Shown here one piece after another: positions 33,601 through 48,600 of a stretch of DNA of 64,000 bases. The stretch lies in NCBI GenBank assembly GCA_977020255.1, contig CDROCS010001500.1:186001-250000 (forward strand). Reading direction: 5' to 3'. This DNA is from Obrimoposthia wandeli. Lineage: Eukaryota. The notes beneath the pieces are model-generated. The model saw only the letters and a list, made by a program, of their open reading frames with translations. It was not told the origin of the DNA and ran no database searches. Each line of letters starts with the position of its first letter. Position 1 is the first letter of the stretch. The position numbers and the translations under genes are program-made.

Positions 33601-36600
33601 TTTGAAAATGCATTTTTAAAACATAACGATGTTCGGTGTCGTCTGTTGCTGCAGTGGACAAATCGTGTTTGGGTTATCTGAAGACTTTTATGATGTAAAT
33701 TCCGATTTCCACTTCAACAACAAATTACGCCAAGCCGCGGTAAAATGAGCTCGACACGAAAGCCACTTCTACGATTCTCTGAATCAGTTAGCACCACAAC
33801 TAGCCGCGAAGAGGCAGATTAGAATTAGACATTCTACAAAGGGTCAGGCAGTTGGTATAGGGTCGGTAGGTCAATCATAAATTCACCTTAATGTCATAGT
33901 TCTTTACCTGAAACATCGTAAAGAATTAGTAGAAAGAGGCTACGTTCTCTCATTGTTTGATAAAGTCCGGGAATGTACACCGAAAATCTACCCCATTCCA
34001 TGAAAATTGGCGACACATACAAATATTTTAATGGGGCATACATGGTCTGCTTCTAGTGGCACCGCCATCAACGGGTACTTCTAAATGTATTTCTCCTCAA
34101 CATTCGGTACTCCAGCAAAAATTCCAACCAAAATAAAACGTACATGAGATACAAGGCTCGCAACCTTTACGGTTACCCGAAAAGAAGACGTCGTCTATCT
34201 AATAACACAAGTTAATTAAAAATCTTCTTACCGTAAAGTATTTTCGAAAAATTTATATAAAAACCCTGACAAAGAAACGTTTTAAACACAAAGTAAAAAG
34301 TCGATTTTATATTCATACTTCTGTTTAGTTTCTATCGGCACATCTGCATTAAGTTGAATGTTAATAATGTACAAATTTACATATAACTTTTATTAATTTG
34401 GTATACTAAAATCCAATAAAATGAGAATCATAAGAATGATACATAAATTCTGAACTTTCTTTAGAAACTTGAAAATATCTGCTTATACATCTGGGCAGTC
34501 TAAATCACCTGATTTCAATAATGTAGGAAATGTGTGGGAATATTATCAAGTAGCATTATTCTAATTTTGAAGACGTTGAGAGCCACCGGCGTGCAATTTT
34601 AAAGAAAGGAATAAGTTATCTGAAAATGACATACAAGAGCTATACAAAAGCTTTCCAGAAAAGTGCAGTTAAACAAAACCTTTGAAATATTTTTCAATAA
34701 ACATACACATTTATGATATCTCTTACAAATTTAAATTTCAAGTATTTACCGTATAAATTTGTAAAGTTTCATTGAGCTGTATAGTTCAAGCTAAAATAAA
34801 TTACGAGCCATCAATATTTTAGAATTCTTCCGCTTCAATCTCATAGACTAGACTAGAATGAGTCCAAACAAGTTCTCCTAATTATGGCACGAATAGCAAA
34901 TTGGCACAGAAAATCAAATATCCGCATGGGAAAAACTCTGTTTAACCGGATAAGAGTTACAGACTATGGAGTTTAAATTGATTTAAATTCAAACTGCAAC
35001 AGAATGCTGAAATAATTGCAGAAAAAACATTGGGAAAAGGAAGGGAGGATATGAAAAAAATAATTTAAAATCTGATAAACTTGGCATATAAAACAATTTT
35101 ATGTAATTGTAGAATCCTTCCAAACCCAGAGTAAGGCGTAACACATAAAAGACAGATAAATCTCGCAATAGAATGGGTACGACTTCAGATATCGATAAAC
35201 ATTCTTGGATTCTTTAGAAAGCTGGCAACAAACTCTTGATGGACAGGGGTACCTTAGATAAACAAGTTCTCCGTGGTCCCAAATACATACAAGTTTATAT
35301 CAATATTTTGAAAGATAAATTAAAAGGCGGTACACCATTTAAAATCCATGGGGATCCTAAATCAACTGATGATTTAAAAAAACAGGTTACAATGCAGATC
35401 TGATTAATAATGGTGGTGAGAAAGGGGAAACTGCCTCTGAAAATATATTCTTCACCCCATGATCATACTGCGCTAGGCTATGTAAGTATGAAATATATTC
35501 GTAACTTTGCTACATCTAAAAGATATAAATAAACAAACAAGTTTACATAAATATATGTCGATGATCCAAACTAAATACATCAAGTAGATTATTTCTTTGA
35601 ATAATGTGATTAATAAATTCATTATAGAAAAAATATCAGAAATAATTGTTAAAATACAACCGATACTGATTATTTTAGAAATAATAGTTAAGTGATAAAT
35701 ATTACGTGGAAGAAAAGGTCAAAATTAGTGATGTGTTTATGAATATTAGTATAGTCAATTTTTAAAATGGTATATACATCAATAACTTTAGGAGGTTCAA
35801 ACAAATTAATAAAATGTCAAATTAAAATGATACATTAATATTTAGTACAGCTGGAAGTTGTTATCAAATTAAAATAATTATATCGTATGAATAGGAAGTT
35901 ATCAAAAACGTTCTTTTGTAGACATTTCAAAACCCCATCAAAAATAAAGGCACTGAACTTATGTAACAAACAATATTAAGAAAAAAGGTAACAGCTCAGA
36001 GCAAAAATAATTATTTCTCCGACTTCTGTCACAATACAATCGGAAAAGCAATGTTTGCGCATCAAACGTAAAAGAAAGTGCTGTCTACTCGTCACCATGC
36101 CAACCGAAGCCAGCCCCAACATGGCTAATATCATTATTTATTTACGTCATCCTACAACGGGAAAACTCCCTAATCCAATCAGCGTGTACCACGGTGCGAT
36201 CCCAAATTTCTGCAAATACATTTTCCAGCAAATGTCACAGCCAAACAGAAATTAATCCACTGGTACCAGGCAATCAAACAGTATCACACAGTAGATAGTT
36301 TCTTAGACAAACGAATATGGAAGATCAAAGTCATTCAATATACATGAACTGCAAGTGTAAATATTAGATTAATCTGACCTATTTTCCATTGCACAATCTC
36401 ACAAGAACTGACACAACATATATCGTACATTTATTAGACAATATATAGACAGTTTGGCATCTGTTTCTTTTAAAAATCTTTATTTAATTGATACTCAACT
36501 TTATTACTCATAAATAAAAGTAGTAAATTATACGATAAAATAGGCATTTTAAAAATAATTCGATAAAAATGGGATATTTAAACAGAAACGCTGACTTACA

Positions 36601-39600
36601 TCTGCTTCCAATGAAGTGTTGCGTTGTTGGATTAACTGTAGTTGGCGCTTGTACTCCTGATTCTGGACCTTGATGTCTGCAGACAACAGCAAATCGCAGT
36701 CAGTTGTCATAAAATCGATATCAAAAATTGTGATTTCTTGCCCCAAAAAACAGAATTATTTTGATATATTATCGGCATTTTTCATTAAGTTCAATGTCAT
36801 TTATTAATTCAGTTTTTCAAAAAATAACTCAATGTCCCATGTACTTGAAAATTGAACTGATAATTATTAGGAATGTTCATAATTTCATACTAATTATTTT
36901 AAAATTTCGATTTCGTCGCAATTTTAAAATATGTGTAACAAAATATTCCGTGTTGAGAAATAATAATACAACTGAAATAATATTTGCATTGGTATATTTG
37001 ATTTCTAAACGCTTACGAAATCCGACCGGATATCTCCTGAAAACTTCTGCACAATTAGTCAGAATTGGAGTACATTTCTACCTTGCATGATGTCTATTAT
37101 ATTCGAATTGAATGGTCCAAAAGTAATTGGAAATTTCCCAGAATATGATCCTAAGTTTTGTGATATGGAAATATTCTGCTATTTGCTAGTGTGTGCTGCA
37201 CAGAACACACACACGCACAGTGCACTATTCGTCATCGACGCTCTTAGTCAGTGGTGCACTTCGGTGCACTTCCACACCAATTCCCAGGAAAAGGGAGCAG
37301 ACGAATGGTGACAATGACCCGGACTTTTAGCCGCAGACATATCCTCTCGCCCGTGCTTAATCATCGACTGACAAGAACGGGCCGAGAATACGGGTACATG
37401 TTAGTGCATTCCACAATGTATTTATCATATATAATGTAATCAAATGTAAATAACAAATCTTGTTACACTGCTCAGGAGTAGAATAAAATACTTACAAGGC
37501 AGATAATTCAAAATTTAAATCTCAGAATAAAACTTTTAAAATTAGAAGATAACAATTTGTTCCCATAATTTAAAATTACAGCATTGCAGTTTTAAAGTGA
37601 TTATTATGAAACCTAGTTAAACGTGACTTTTGGATAAACACAATTAAAAAATATAATAATATCCAAAAAAGAAATATGAAACCTAATTAATTTCAATATT
37701 ATTCATAAAACAGGCAATTTGTTTTAAGTCTCCCATTATCCGATGTTAAATGAAGATGTATTAAATTATTATATTAAAAAAGATTAACATTATGTTTATT
37801 TAATTTTCAATAAAGGTACAAACCATATTGGTACCCATCAATTTCAAAGAAGAATCTTAAAACCGGAAAATCACGTTACGGATAAAATATATAAATGTGG
37901 AAATATTATTTCCAGAAATGTCTTTTTTAATAAGGGAACATATCAAATTTTCGAATTAAATATTATCATTATAACAATTAAAAAACAAAATTTGAATTAA
38001 AATGATTATAAATAGATATTTTTCAAAGTAATTTTCATAGATAAGAACAGATATGAAAATCAATGGTTACAATTCCTTGAAGGAAGGTTAATGAATACCG
38101 CTTTTTCTACGATATTTTCATATCCTCCCTTCATTTTCTCAATGTTTCTTCTGCAATTATTTCAGCATTCTGTTGCAGTTTGAATTTAAATCAATTTAAA
38201 CTCCATAGTCTGTAACTGTCATCCGGTTAAACAGAGTTTTCCCATGCGGTTATTTGATTTTCTGTGCCAATTTGCTATTCGTGCCATAATTAGGAGAACT
38301 TGTTTGGACTCATCCTAGTCTAGTCTATGAGATTGAAGCGGAAGAATTCTAAAATATTGATGGCTCGTAATTTATTTTAGCTTGAACTATACAGCTCAAT
38401 GAAACTTTACAAATTTATACGGTAAATACTTGAAATTTAAATTTGTAAGAGATATCATAAATGTGTATGTTTATTGAAAAATATTTCAAAGGTTTTGTTT
38501 AACTGCACTTTTCTGGAAAGCTTTTGTATAGCTCTTGTATGTCATTTTCAGATAACTTATTCCTTTTTTTTAAATTGCACGCCGGTGGCTCTCAACGTCT
38601 TCAAAATTAGAATAATGCTACTTGATAATATTCCCACACATTTCCTACATTATTGAAATCAGGTGATTTAGACTGCCCAGATGTATAAGCAGTTATTTTC
38701 ATCTAACCAAAAAAGATTATATTTAAGAACATACATCCTTGCGTTATCTTGTTGGAAGTGAGAATTACTTAACAAACATTCATTTATAAGATGCTCCGTT
38801 CACAAATGATCATATTTCTCGTTATTTAGATTTCAATCATTGAATGATATTGTCAACATTTGCGAATCTAATATAAATAATGATGTCCATCTGACCCTTC
38901 AAGGAAAAATCTCTTTCATCGGATACATGCTTTTATTCCAATAACTGAGGATTTCTAAAAGTATATTTTTAAGCATTGTCAAACAGTACTTGCAGTAACC
39001 GGAACATACATTGTTGTTGATATCTTTCCAACATATGAATTATTATTTTTTGCATTTCTTCCAATACGTTGTTTTTTCTTTTAATAATTTTTCATTACGC
39101 CTCCGCTATTTCAGTTCTTATTCATTATTATTTGAAGCCTTAACAAATGGCTGATATCATATTGGGAGATTTTCCATATCTATACATTTTCATAATTTCC
39201 GTTATATCTTAATATAATAAAAGCAGTATCAATATATAGACATTTAAAAGAAAAGTACTAGAGATGACTTACTGGGGCAATTTAAGCTCTCAAATATTTT
39301 AAACTTAAAGAAAACGTCAACGAATGAATCTAGTAAAACTTCTATCAATTTAAAATATATTCCAATTTCAAGTTATTAAACAACATTTGTGAATCGTTTA
39401 ATGTAAAATGCAGATACGGAGAACTTTTTGGGACGCACCATATATGTCACTCTTCCCAGTGCTTCTAAAATAGGAAAGTATTGCAGTTTCTGATTCATAA
39501 TGCCAATTTGATAAAATAGTACACTGTAAACTTCACATATTTCGTTTTCTTATATTTATTCAAAGCTATTATTCAGACAATAGAAATGGCCTTAAACAAA

Positions 39601-42600
39601 AGCTTTAGGTGTATGAGCTCATATCTAAGCTCAAGATAAGCCTTGGATTGGTGATTACTGGTGGATAGGGCACCCTACTTGGTCCTAGTTGATGCCTACA
39701 ATTGCGGTCCTTATCAGGTTAGGTTATGGGTAATGGTAGGAGGCTCTTCTTAATTGTAGATTTATTTTCAATTTCTGGGCACACTTACAGAAATGTGGAT
39801 GACTGGAAGTAATTCAACTAGAAGAGACTAACCGAACAATTTATTCATAAAGTTATACATTGTCTAGAAAACTAAGCAGCGCTAGCAAGTGATATAGTGT
39901 ACAGATCGGCGATAACAGAACAGCGGAGGAGATGGTGAGATATCAGAAGGATTAGAGCTGAAGAAAGGAGCGAATGTCGACATAAATGGGCCAGAAATAC
40001 AGCGAATTCGGTGGCATGAGTATGAGGATGTAAATAGATACATATACCGGAGCCCGTGTCGTGTTAGAGAACAGTGACTGCCCATGTCATCGCGAATTAG
40101 ACGGAATGTCTGGCGTAGAATGCGGGGTCAACAATGACTCCAAGGCCAATGGTACAAGATTGAGGTATGTCTAAGTTTGTCAGATACACTTTATAGGGAT
40201 CTTAGTCAGACGGCATTGTTTTACTGCTGTATACATTCTGGCTTAGACGAATTTTTGGGTACCTCCTCTGAAAAACAAGGATGAATATGTTAACATGTCA
40301 GTAGAACATTATCCAAGCTATATTATCTGCAAACAACATCTAAATCATGATAACAAAAGTAATTAGATTCGTCGAATATCAAATCAAAACGAATAGCTAA
40401 CATTGATACGATATTTGATGAATAATGACAAAAATTGTACAAGGGTGCATTTAAGAGTAAATTTACAAACAGTCAAAGAGGCTTCTTTTAATTTGAAATT
40501 GCATATTCATTTTATAAAAATATATCTTCGGATTATTTTTAGCGATACTATAGATTTAAAAATTTAACAGTATGTGTAAAAAGGTTTAACAATTTAATTT
40601 TTTTTTCTTAGTACCTTAGGATTTTGAAACTAAAATATCCCATCGAAATTTAAAAATTAGATATTAGAACAGTGGAAAGTATAAGAACTTTTTTTAAAAT
40701 TATGTTCGCGTACAATACTTGGATTTTAAGTTTAAACAAATTATAGATTTTTTAAAAAGCAGACAAATATATTACAATTTTATTTTAACAGTCTTTTTTG
40801 ACAACACTACTCTAAAAATATTATTGTGTTATTCCGCCATTTTTAAAACGTGTAAAACTTAATCGTAGGCAATTTAATTATAACTTTAGAAAATTTTAAT
40901 CAACAATTAATAAAAAATGCATTTTTAAATATATATTTTTTACATAAAAATCAAAAACACTTTTATCAGTGTTTTTAAGTTTGAGCTAAAAATACAAAAA
41001 ATTACTTGTTGGCTTTGTTCGGCAAAACAGACTTCGAAAAAGTAAAAAACCAAGCACTAAGAAGTAGTATGCGTAGTACTTTTTCCGAAGAATTCTTACT
41101 ACGTGACATAACCACGTCGTGTTCAATTTGAGACAATTTGAACACAATTGTTATTTAGGTATTCAATTGCTGTGTTGGCATAATGGGAGCTTGCAAATCT
41201 GGCCAGAATATATATTCTTGGTGCCGATCAATAAAAGGAATTAATTTATATTTAATACATTTTCCCAAATACACACTGATAAATATTTTGACATCCAGTT
41301 GCAAAATATGGTCTAGACACACCCGGTTTTGAAATAGCAATCCGAACTAAAACTTTTGGTTCATAATTTGATGCAGAGCGATATTTAATATAATCCGGAG
41401 CATTCTTTGGGTCCTCTGTATGATATATAAATGTAGCCAGAAAAAAATTGATAAAGTAAAATATGATTCATCATCTATAATAACTGTACAATTTTTGTAT
41501 TTGTTATACAACCTTCTACACTTTTTCCGCCTTTCTTTCATTTGCTTAGACGTTCATTTTGGTTCACGTTTCTTTCTTAGACACTCAATTTTAGAATGTT
41601 TCTTATTATCTTAGTAACATATTGTTGAGTGCATTTAAGTTTTGTAGCCACAGATTTTTGTGAGATGTCACTGGTGTTATTTAGCATTTTCGATACTTTG
41701 CGTACAACATCTTTCGCGGCGATACATATTGGTCTCCCACTTCCTAACATTTTCCCATTAAATCACCGTCTTCCGCTCTTTTATACAACAATATTTCAGA
41801 GCTGTCGATATATTTTCCGCCATAAAATGTTTTACAGTATATATTTTTCACATATCTTTATTTAAATAGTTCAAAAATAAAAAATAACATCTACATCAAA
41901 ATGGTTAATATCTTATATCAAATTAAACCTTTATTCACACACGTTACAGAATACTAAATAAATAATATATAAACAATAAATCATATTTCGCTTAGTACAT
42001 TTATAAACTTTCCCCTTTTTTAGTTGTAATGTGTTATTATCTTTAAATCAGTCTGAAAATGTTTTGGCTTTAATTTTGACATTCTTCAATTACACCTGGA
42101 AATATATTTACAAATCCGGATGGTCAATCCCAACAGTCCAGATCGAGAATTCAATGAAACAATGCAGTAAAACGGTGGCTAGTGAGTAGGTAGATGTGGC
42201 ACTTCTGGAACAAAGCCCCCCTGAGGACAAGCTCATGGTTAATATCTTAAGTTATGTAATCAGAAACCAGAATTATCTTACTTTCATTAATTTGTTTAAG
42301 AAACTGATATTTAATAATCAGAATATAAATTGTGTTGTGAAATCGAAATCTTGAATTATGTCTACGATAGAAAACATAACTGGCGACCATGCCGAAATAA
42401 ATAGTGACGAGAAGTCAATCAAAGAAGAATATCCTCGAGACTATGCCTAAAGAACAAAGAATGATGTCCAGTATAACATAAAAAGATACGATGGAATGAG
42501 TTCAAAGGAAGGTGAACAAGGTTAAAGGATATAGGAGAATGGGTTGACGCAAATCAGAGTAATATTGGGGATGCATTTGAGTTGCTGTTGACCGAAGAAG

Positions 42601-45600
42601 CTGGATTATTATGGAAAGATGCCAGTGAAAGGTTAAATTCAAATATCGAAGTCAAAAAATGATTTGAAGAAAATTTCCTAGAAAAGAAATCCATAGTTGA
42701 CAAAGTTTGCGAATTTGCAAATGTGAAGCAAGTAGAAGGCGAGCATTTCTCAGCGTTCAGCATTAGAGTGAAAAAACTCGTTGAGGCTATGATAGAAAAT
42801 ACTTTTAGCAAAGATGAGCTGACTGACGCTTTCAATAAAGATAGAGTAAGAAGTGAAAAACTAAAGGAGCAGTTTTTATTAAAACCAAAGATGCCAAAAG
42901 AAGAAATAGAGGCGTTGGCAAAGGTGTACACCGAAATCGAGAAAAATAATACCATGATTGCACAAATTTATAATACGTATGCGAATACAGTAAAAAGAGA
43001 ATTCAACAACAATTTCGCAAACAATATGAAGAAACCAGTATCAGTACCAGTATCAAAACATCAGGAACAAAGAAATTATGTTAATGAAGAAAAAATATAC
43101 ATAAATAGAGACGCCCAAAATCTACATAATAGGAGACCAATGCAGAGGTTTTCCTTAAAACAAATAGCTAAAAGAAAATATAACTTAGCTAAGGGACTGC
43201 CTGTCACAAAAAGTGAAGAACTTCAGCAAGGAGCATGTTTTATTGTGGTGAAAAAGGTCATTTCCGAAATCAATGTCCTCTCAATCACAAATGTTTGATT
43301 TGTTGAAAAGAAGGTCACAATTTCAACAGCTGCTATATTTTAAAGAACCCACATCAAACTTCAAGAGTACTTTGTATAACAGAAGAAGTGAAAGGAAATA
43401 ATCAAGATTTAGAAGATTGTTATAATGAAGACATGATAATACATGATGTTAATCAGGGAAACGTGAGCGATCCCATTGCTCACATTTCGTCGGTGGGATC
43501 GAGCATATAGAACCAAAGCGGAATGAAAAGATGTATATGAACAATGATGGTCGTGAATGGAGTATAATGAAGAATAATGATGTAGATGTGGAAATGCTGT
43601 GGGACTCCAGAGCATCAGTTACTGTAATGAGTAAGGATTGTTGGAAGAAAGTAGGATGTCACAAAATGAGACAGAGTAATTTATGTCTGAGTGGAGTTTT
43701 TTCGAATAATAATCAACAACCCTTAGGTAGGTTTAATACTAAAGTGTTTGGAATGGAAAAGATAATGTTTTGGAAATAATCTTTGTAGAAGAAATAAAAC
43801 CAGAATTTATTGGTGGAATCGATACAATGAAAATATGTGGGATAAAGCTGCAGGAAATATGTAATTTGGACTCGTCTTGCATGAGGAAAACGTTTTCCTC
43901 AAAAGAAAGAACAGATAAAATATGTAATTCTTTAAAATGCGATAGAGACTCAATTCTAGGACATTATATTGAGGAATTTGGGAAAATATTTGTGTTCTAA
44001 ATTTGATCTACGATATACCAAAATTGTCTCTCATAAGATTGAGACTATTGCTGATCCTATGTGCCAAAATCCTAGACGACAACCGATGCATTTAGAAAAC
44101 CAAGTTGATGAAATGATTGAAAATTTACTCAAAGTAAATGTAATTAGGCGTTGTGAAAATCCTTGGAACTCGCCATTGGTCATTGTGAAGAAGCCAGACA
44201 ATACAATTCGAATGTGTGTTGACTATAGACAATTGAATGCTGTCACCAAGAAGTTTACATTTCCCATACATGATGCACAACTCTTGTTCGATTGTCTGGG
44301 TGATGCTAAAATATTTACGACATTAGATATTAGACAAGCTTATTATCAGGTAGATCTAGAGAATGAGTCTCAGACAAAAACGGCTTTCAGTACAAAATTA
44401 GGACAATTTTGTTTCAATCGGTTGCCATTTGGGTTGGCTACAGAACCGGCAACATTCCAGAATTTGATGCATATAATATTGGATGGTTTGCTGTTCAAAG
44501 GAATAATTGTATATCCTGGTGATATCCTTGTTTAAAGTAACAACCAAGAAGAACATTATAAATTATTAAGAGAGGTATTCAAAAGAATTGCAGCGGCAGG
44601 CCTCAAAATAAACCTTAATAAATGCTACATTGACCAGAATTAAATAAAATTCCTAGGTCGTACAATAACAGAAAGCGGAATACATACAAATCAGTCGAAA
44701 GTCAACGAAATTATAAATTTTAAAGAACCATTGTAGCGGAAAACAAAAATCATTTTTAGGAATGGCTAACTATTATCGACGATTTATTAAAGATTGTGCA
44801 AATATTGCAGCTATATGCAGCGGGGTCCAGAGATAAAAGTCAATAAAATGGTCACCGGATTGTAAAACAAGTTTTGCACTCCTGAAAGAAAAATTAACAA
44901 CAGCTCCCATATTAGATTTTCCCAGGCGAAATAGAAAATTTATAATTGATACAGACGCAAGCTTTGGTGTAATTGGGGTAGTATTGAGCCAACTGGATGA
45001 AATGAGAAACGAAAAAGTGATTGCATACGCTTCAAGACATTTGACTTCACATGTGAAAGGTTATTGTGTTACCAGAAAAGAACATTTAGCAGTATACGAA
45101 TTTATTATGTATTTTAAACAATATTTATATGGAACAGATTTTTTGGCATGCACAGATCATAAAGAATTAGTATTTTTAAGAACAACGAAAAAACCAATCA
45201 GTCTCAATTTCAAACATGGCTGGCAAATTTATCAGAATTTAATTTTAAGTTAGAACATCGTAAAGGTATTGACCATGGTAATGCCGATGGTATGTCAAGA
45301 TTAAATGAAACGGTATGTGCTCAGTGTGAAACTAAACATATAGATACACAAGAGAAGAGATCTAAAATACGACATATTAACTCACTAAATGAAGACAACT
45401 TCTTGAGTAAGATAAGGAAAATACAACAAGAAGATTTTCATGTGAAAGAAATGAAAGTTTTCCTCCAACTGGAAAGTAAGGATTTATCAGAAGAATGCAA
45501 AAGAAGTTGGATTTATCAGATAAGAGAGAAACTTAAACTCTGTGATAATATCCTTTATTTTGAACAAAACTTTACAGATTTAATTATCATACCTCCGAAA

Positions 45601-48600
45601 CAATTCACCAATATCTTTGTCACCTAGGAATACAAAAAGTTTATAACTATATGAAAGATAACTTATATTTAAAAGGAATGTTTTAAGAAATAAAAGAATG
45701 CATATCAAAGTGCGTTTACTGTGCCAAAAGAAAAATTGAAACAAGCAGAACAAAATAAATATATATTCCTAGAATCAAAGAAAATATTTTAGATCAAATA
45801 GTTGTCGATATAGCCCACATGAAGGAAGGAAGATCTAAAAAGAAATATATGTTGATAGTAATCGATCGATTTAGTAAACTGGTATCACTATCAGCAACCT
45901 CGAAAGAAGATGAAATAACAATTACTAAAGCTCTCGAGACAAATTGGATATATAAATTTGGAAAACCTAATAGTGTTTTAACAGATAGAGAACGAATATT
46001 TACTGGAAATTATTTTCAGATTGACTAGGAAAATTTGGTATTGAACAAGAGCTTACAGCACCTTATCAACATCAAGCTAACGGTCTAGCAGAAAGAGTTA
46101 TACACACGGTAAAATATATGATTGTAACGACAATAGCGTCTACTAAAACAGGAAAATGTTGGCACGATTTATTGCCACAAATTGAATTTGCTATAAATGC
46201 AACAGTAAATAGTTCTTCAAAACATTCACCGTTTGAGGTCATTTATGGAAGAAAAATAACATTTCAATCATCAAAAACAACAACAAACAATAAAGAAAAT
46301 ATCATTCAAGACGTAAGGAAGAACCAACAAATCGCAGCTGAAAAGTTAAAGAATTTAGACAATGAAAGAGGCGAAAGGATATTTGAATTAAATGAAAAGG
46401 TACTTGTTAAAAATGACCCAATTAAAAGAAGCAAGGATAGTGACCAGTATGTAGGCCCATATAGAATAATTATAATATAATTATTGAGTCCACGACAGGT
46501 ATCAATTCAGTTTCCAAGGGGAATACTTCCTAGGAGAATCGAATGGCTGAAGAAGTGTAAATTTGATTTGGAGACTCTTGTTATTTGGTCACATCGATTT
46601 TGTTTAGCTCACGTTTCATTTGATTTGATTTGTAATCAGAAACCAGAATTATCATACTTGCATTGATTTGTTTAAGAACGGATATTTAATAATCAGAATA
46701 TAAATTGTGTTGTGAAAAAGTCTTGAATTATGTCAATGATAGAAAACATAACTTATTATATCAAATTAAACCTTTCTTCACGCACGTTACAGAATACTAA
46801 ATAAATAATATATAAACAATAAATCATATTTCGCTTAGTACATTTATAAACTTTCCCCTTTTTTAGTTGTAATGTGTTATTATCTTTAAATCAGTCTGAA
46901 AATGTTTTGGCTTTACACACACGAATACCATATCTGCTCTGTCAGAAGTCCATTCTATTTTTTAAGCCACTACGTCCATATTTGTTGAATTAATAGTCTA
47001 TGGATATATGCATGTTTAGATTATAGATAGATATTTATCCATGGTTTTGATTACATATTCTAGTATTACTCGGGATCGAATGACATTAATAAAGTATTTC
47101 TGTTGATACCAAGTTAGAAGCTCTAGATTTCAGAGGGAAACTAATATATTCTCAAATTTGACTAAACTCAAGGTGAACGAGATGAATCAATGGTGCTTGT
47201 GTCATCTGAAACCCGATTGAGAGCACATTGAAAGAACCAAAAATAGTGCTGCTAATAAGCCAGATTTGCTGATGGCACAGTCGAGTGTGATTCGGTATAA
47301 CAAAATCAAAAACTGACTCTTATTATCAGTTAATTGAAAAGTCCAATTAGAAGAAATGTAATCTGATGTTGACATTGGTTACATTGACGACAAGACACGA
47401 CAACTGTGTGGAGACTCTTGTTATTTGGTCACATCGATTTTGTTTAGCTCACGTTTCATAGAGTGATCCAATAAAATGTGCAAATTATAAATCAGGTCAA
47501 GTGATAAATTGTATAAACATTTGGATTTCAAGAGGTCGGAACATGGAAAAAAGAAATTTGTAATTTTGAAGGAAGAATATTTTAAACCGTTTGTGATCGA
47601 GGACACCTTTTCACAAAGTTTTCAATTTGAAAAATAAATATGTTTGTTTTAAATAAATAATGTTACTTCAGTAAACCTTATATTTCATTTTATCAATGTA
47701 TTACTTACAAATAAAAATAGTAAATTATACTTAATGAATACTTAATTTATTTTGTTATTTACCAATTTTTAAATATTGGAATTATAAAAAAAAATTAGTA
47801 TATGTTCATTTTATCTGAAATTTATGTTTTAAACGAATAAAAAAGGGCCGATTTAAACTATACCAACGGCCTTAGAAAAATAAAAGCTAAATATTATATA
47901 AAATATTCTGTGAAATCGGGTGGAGAAGTCGCCAAAGTACAAAGAACTTATTTCCTCCGACATTCAAAACAAGCAAAGAGCGACTCACTCTGATAACTGG
48001 ACTTCATGACATCATAGTCCTCGCCGTTGTGCTTCTTCTTGTTGCTGGACCTGGACACATTGTCCGTGCTCCCGGAATCTTCGTCCAGCCTCTTCTGAAG
48101 GCCCTTTATTTCCTCCATGTACCGAGTTCGCTCCTCGAACAGCCGCTTGATGCAGCCCTCTGAAGAGACGGGGCCAACTCAGTCATAGGAGCATTTCGAC
48201 CAACCACTAGTGATGAGTAACGACAACTCCAAATCGCATCAGGCAGTTTGTCCACATATCGATTTTCACCATTTTCAAGATCAACATAAAATATATGCAA
48301 AACGTTTCCAATTTATTTGTTCTAGGTCTACAGAATTAAGGCTAACAAGGCTGCAGAATTCAACAAATTTGCTTCAGATATTTTACTCCGAAAAATTTAA
48401 AAACTCAAAATGTTTCCAAGATAACGGTGGCTAATTTACTTTTACGAGAGTTGGTAAAACATTTTGGTCAAACATTTATGGAATATCATTAGAAGTGGCT
48501 TCAAGAAATTGCAAAAGGACCCAAATCGATTGGTGCATCTGTTGGTGCTAAATCCGTTTCTGAGAAAGAGAAGGTTTGGTTGTATGAGGGAAATAGTTTC

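Larger units (their letters stand above)
42250..46753 (+). mobile_element. Compact (4.5-kb) degenerate Ty3/gypsy retrotransposon with very short LTRs, antisense in LRRFIP intron 6
   Basis: Direct repeats 42250-42381 and 46631-46753; PBS TGGCGACCATG overlaps the last LTR base; gag, PR, RT, RH and IN remnants. Confidence 0.88.

Noticed and set aside
33600-34230. Coding-like stretch in intron 7 (also ~26300-26800, 31320-31760, 52640-53220 and 55600-56050)
   Set aside because: Probably decayed TE sequence, but I found no diagnostic motif allowing a family call.
39880-40140. GC-richer stretch that might be a nested exon
   Set aside because: All plus-strand frames hit stops, no recognisable motif, and the LRRFIP frame is complete without it.
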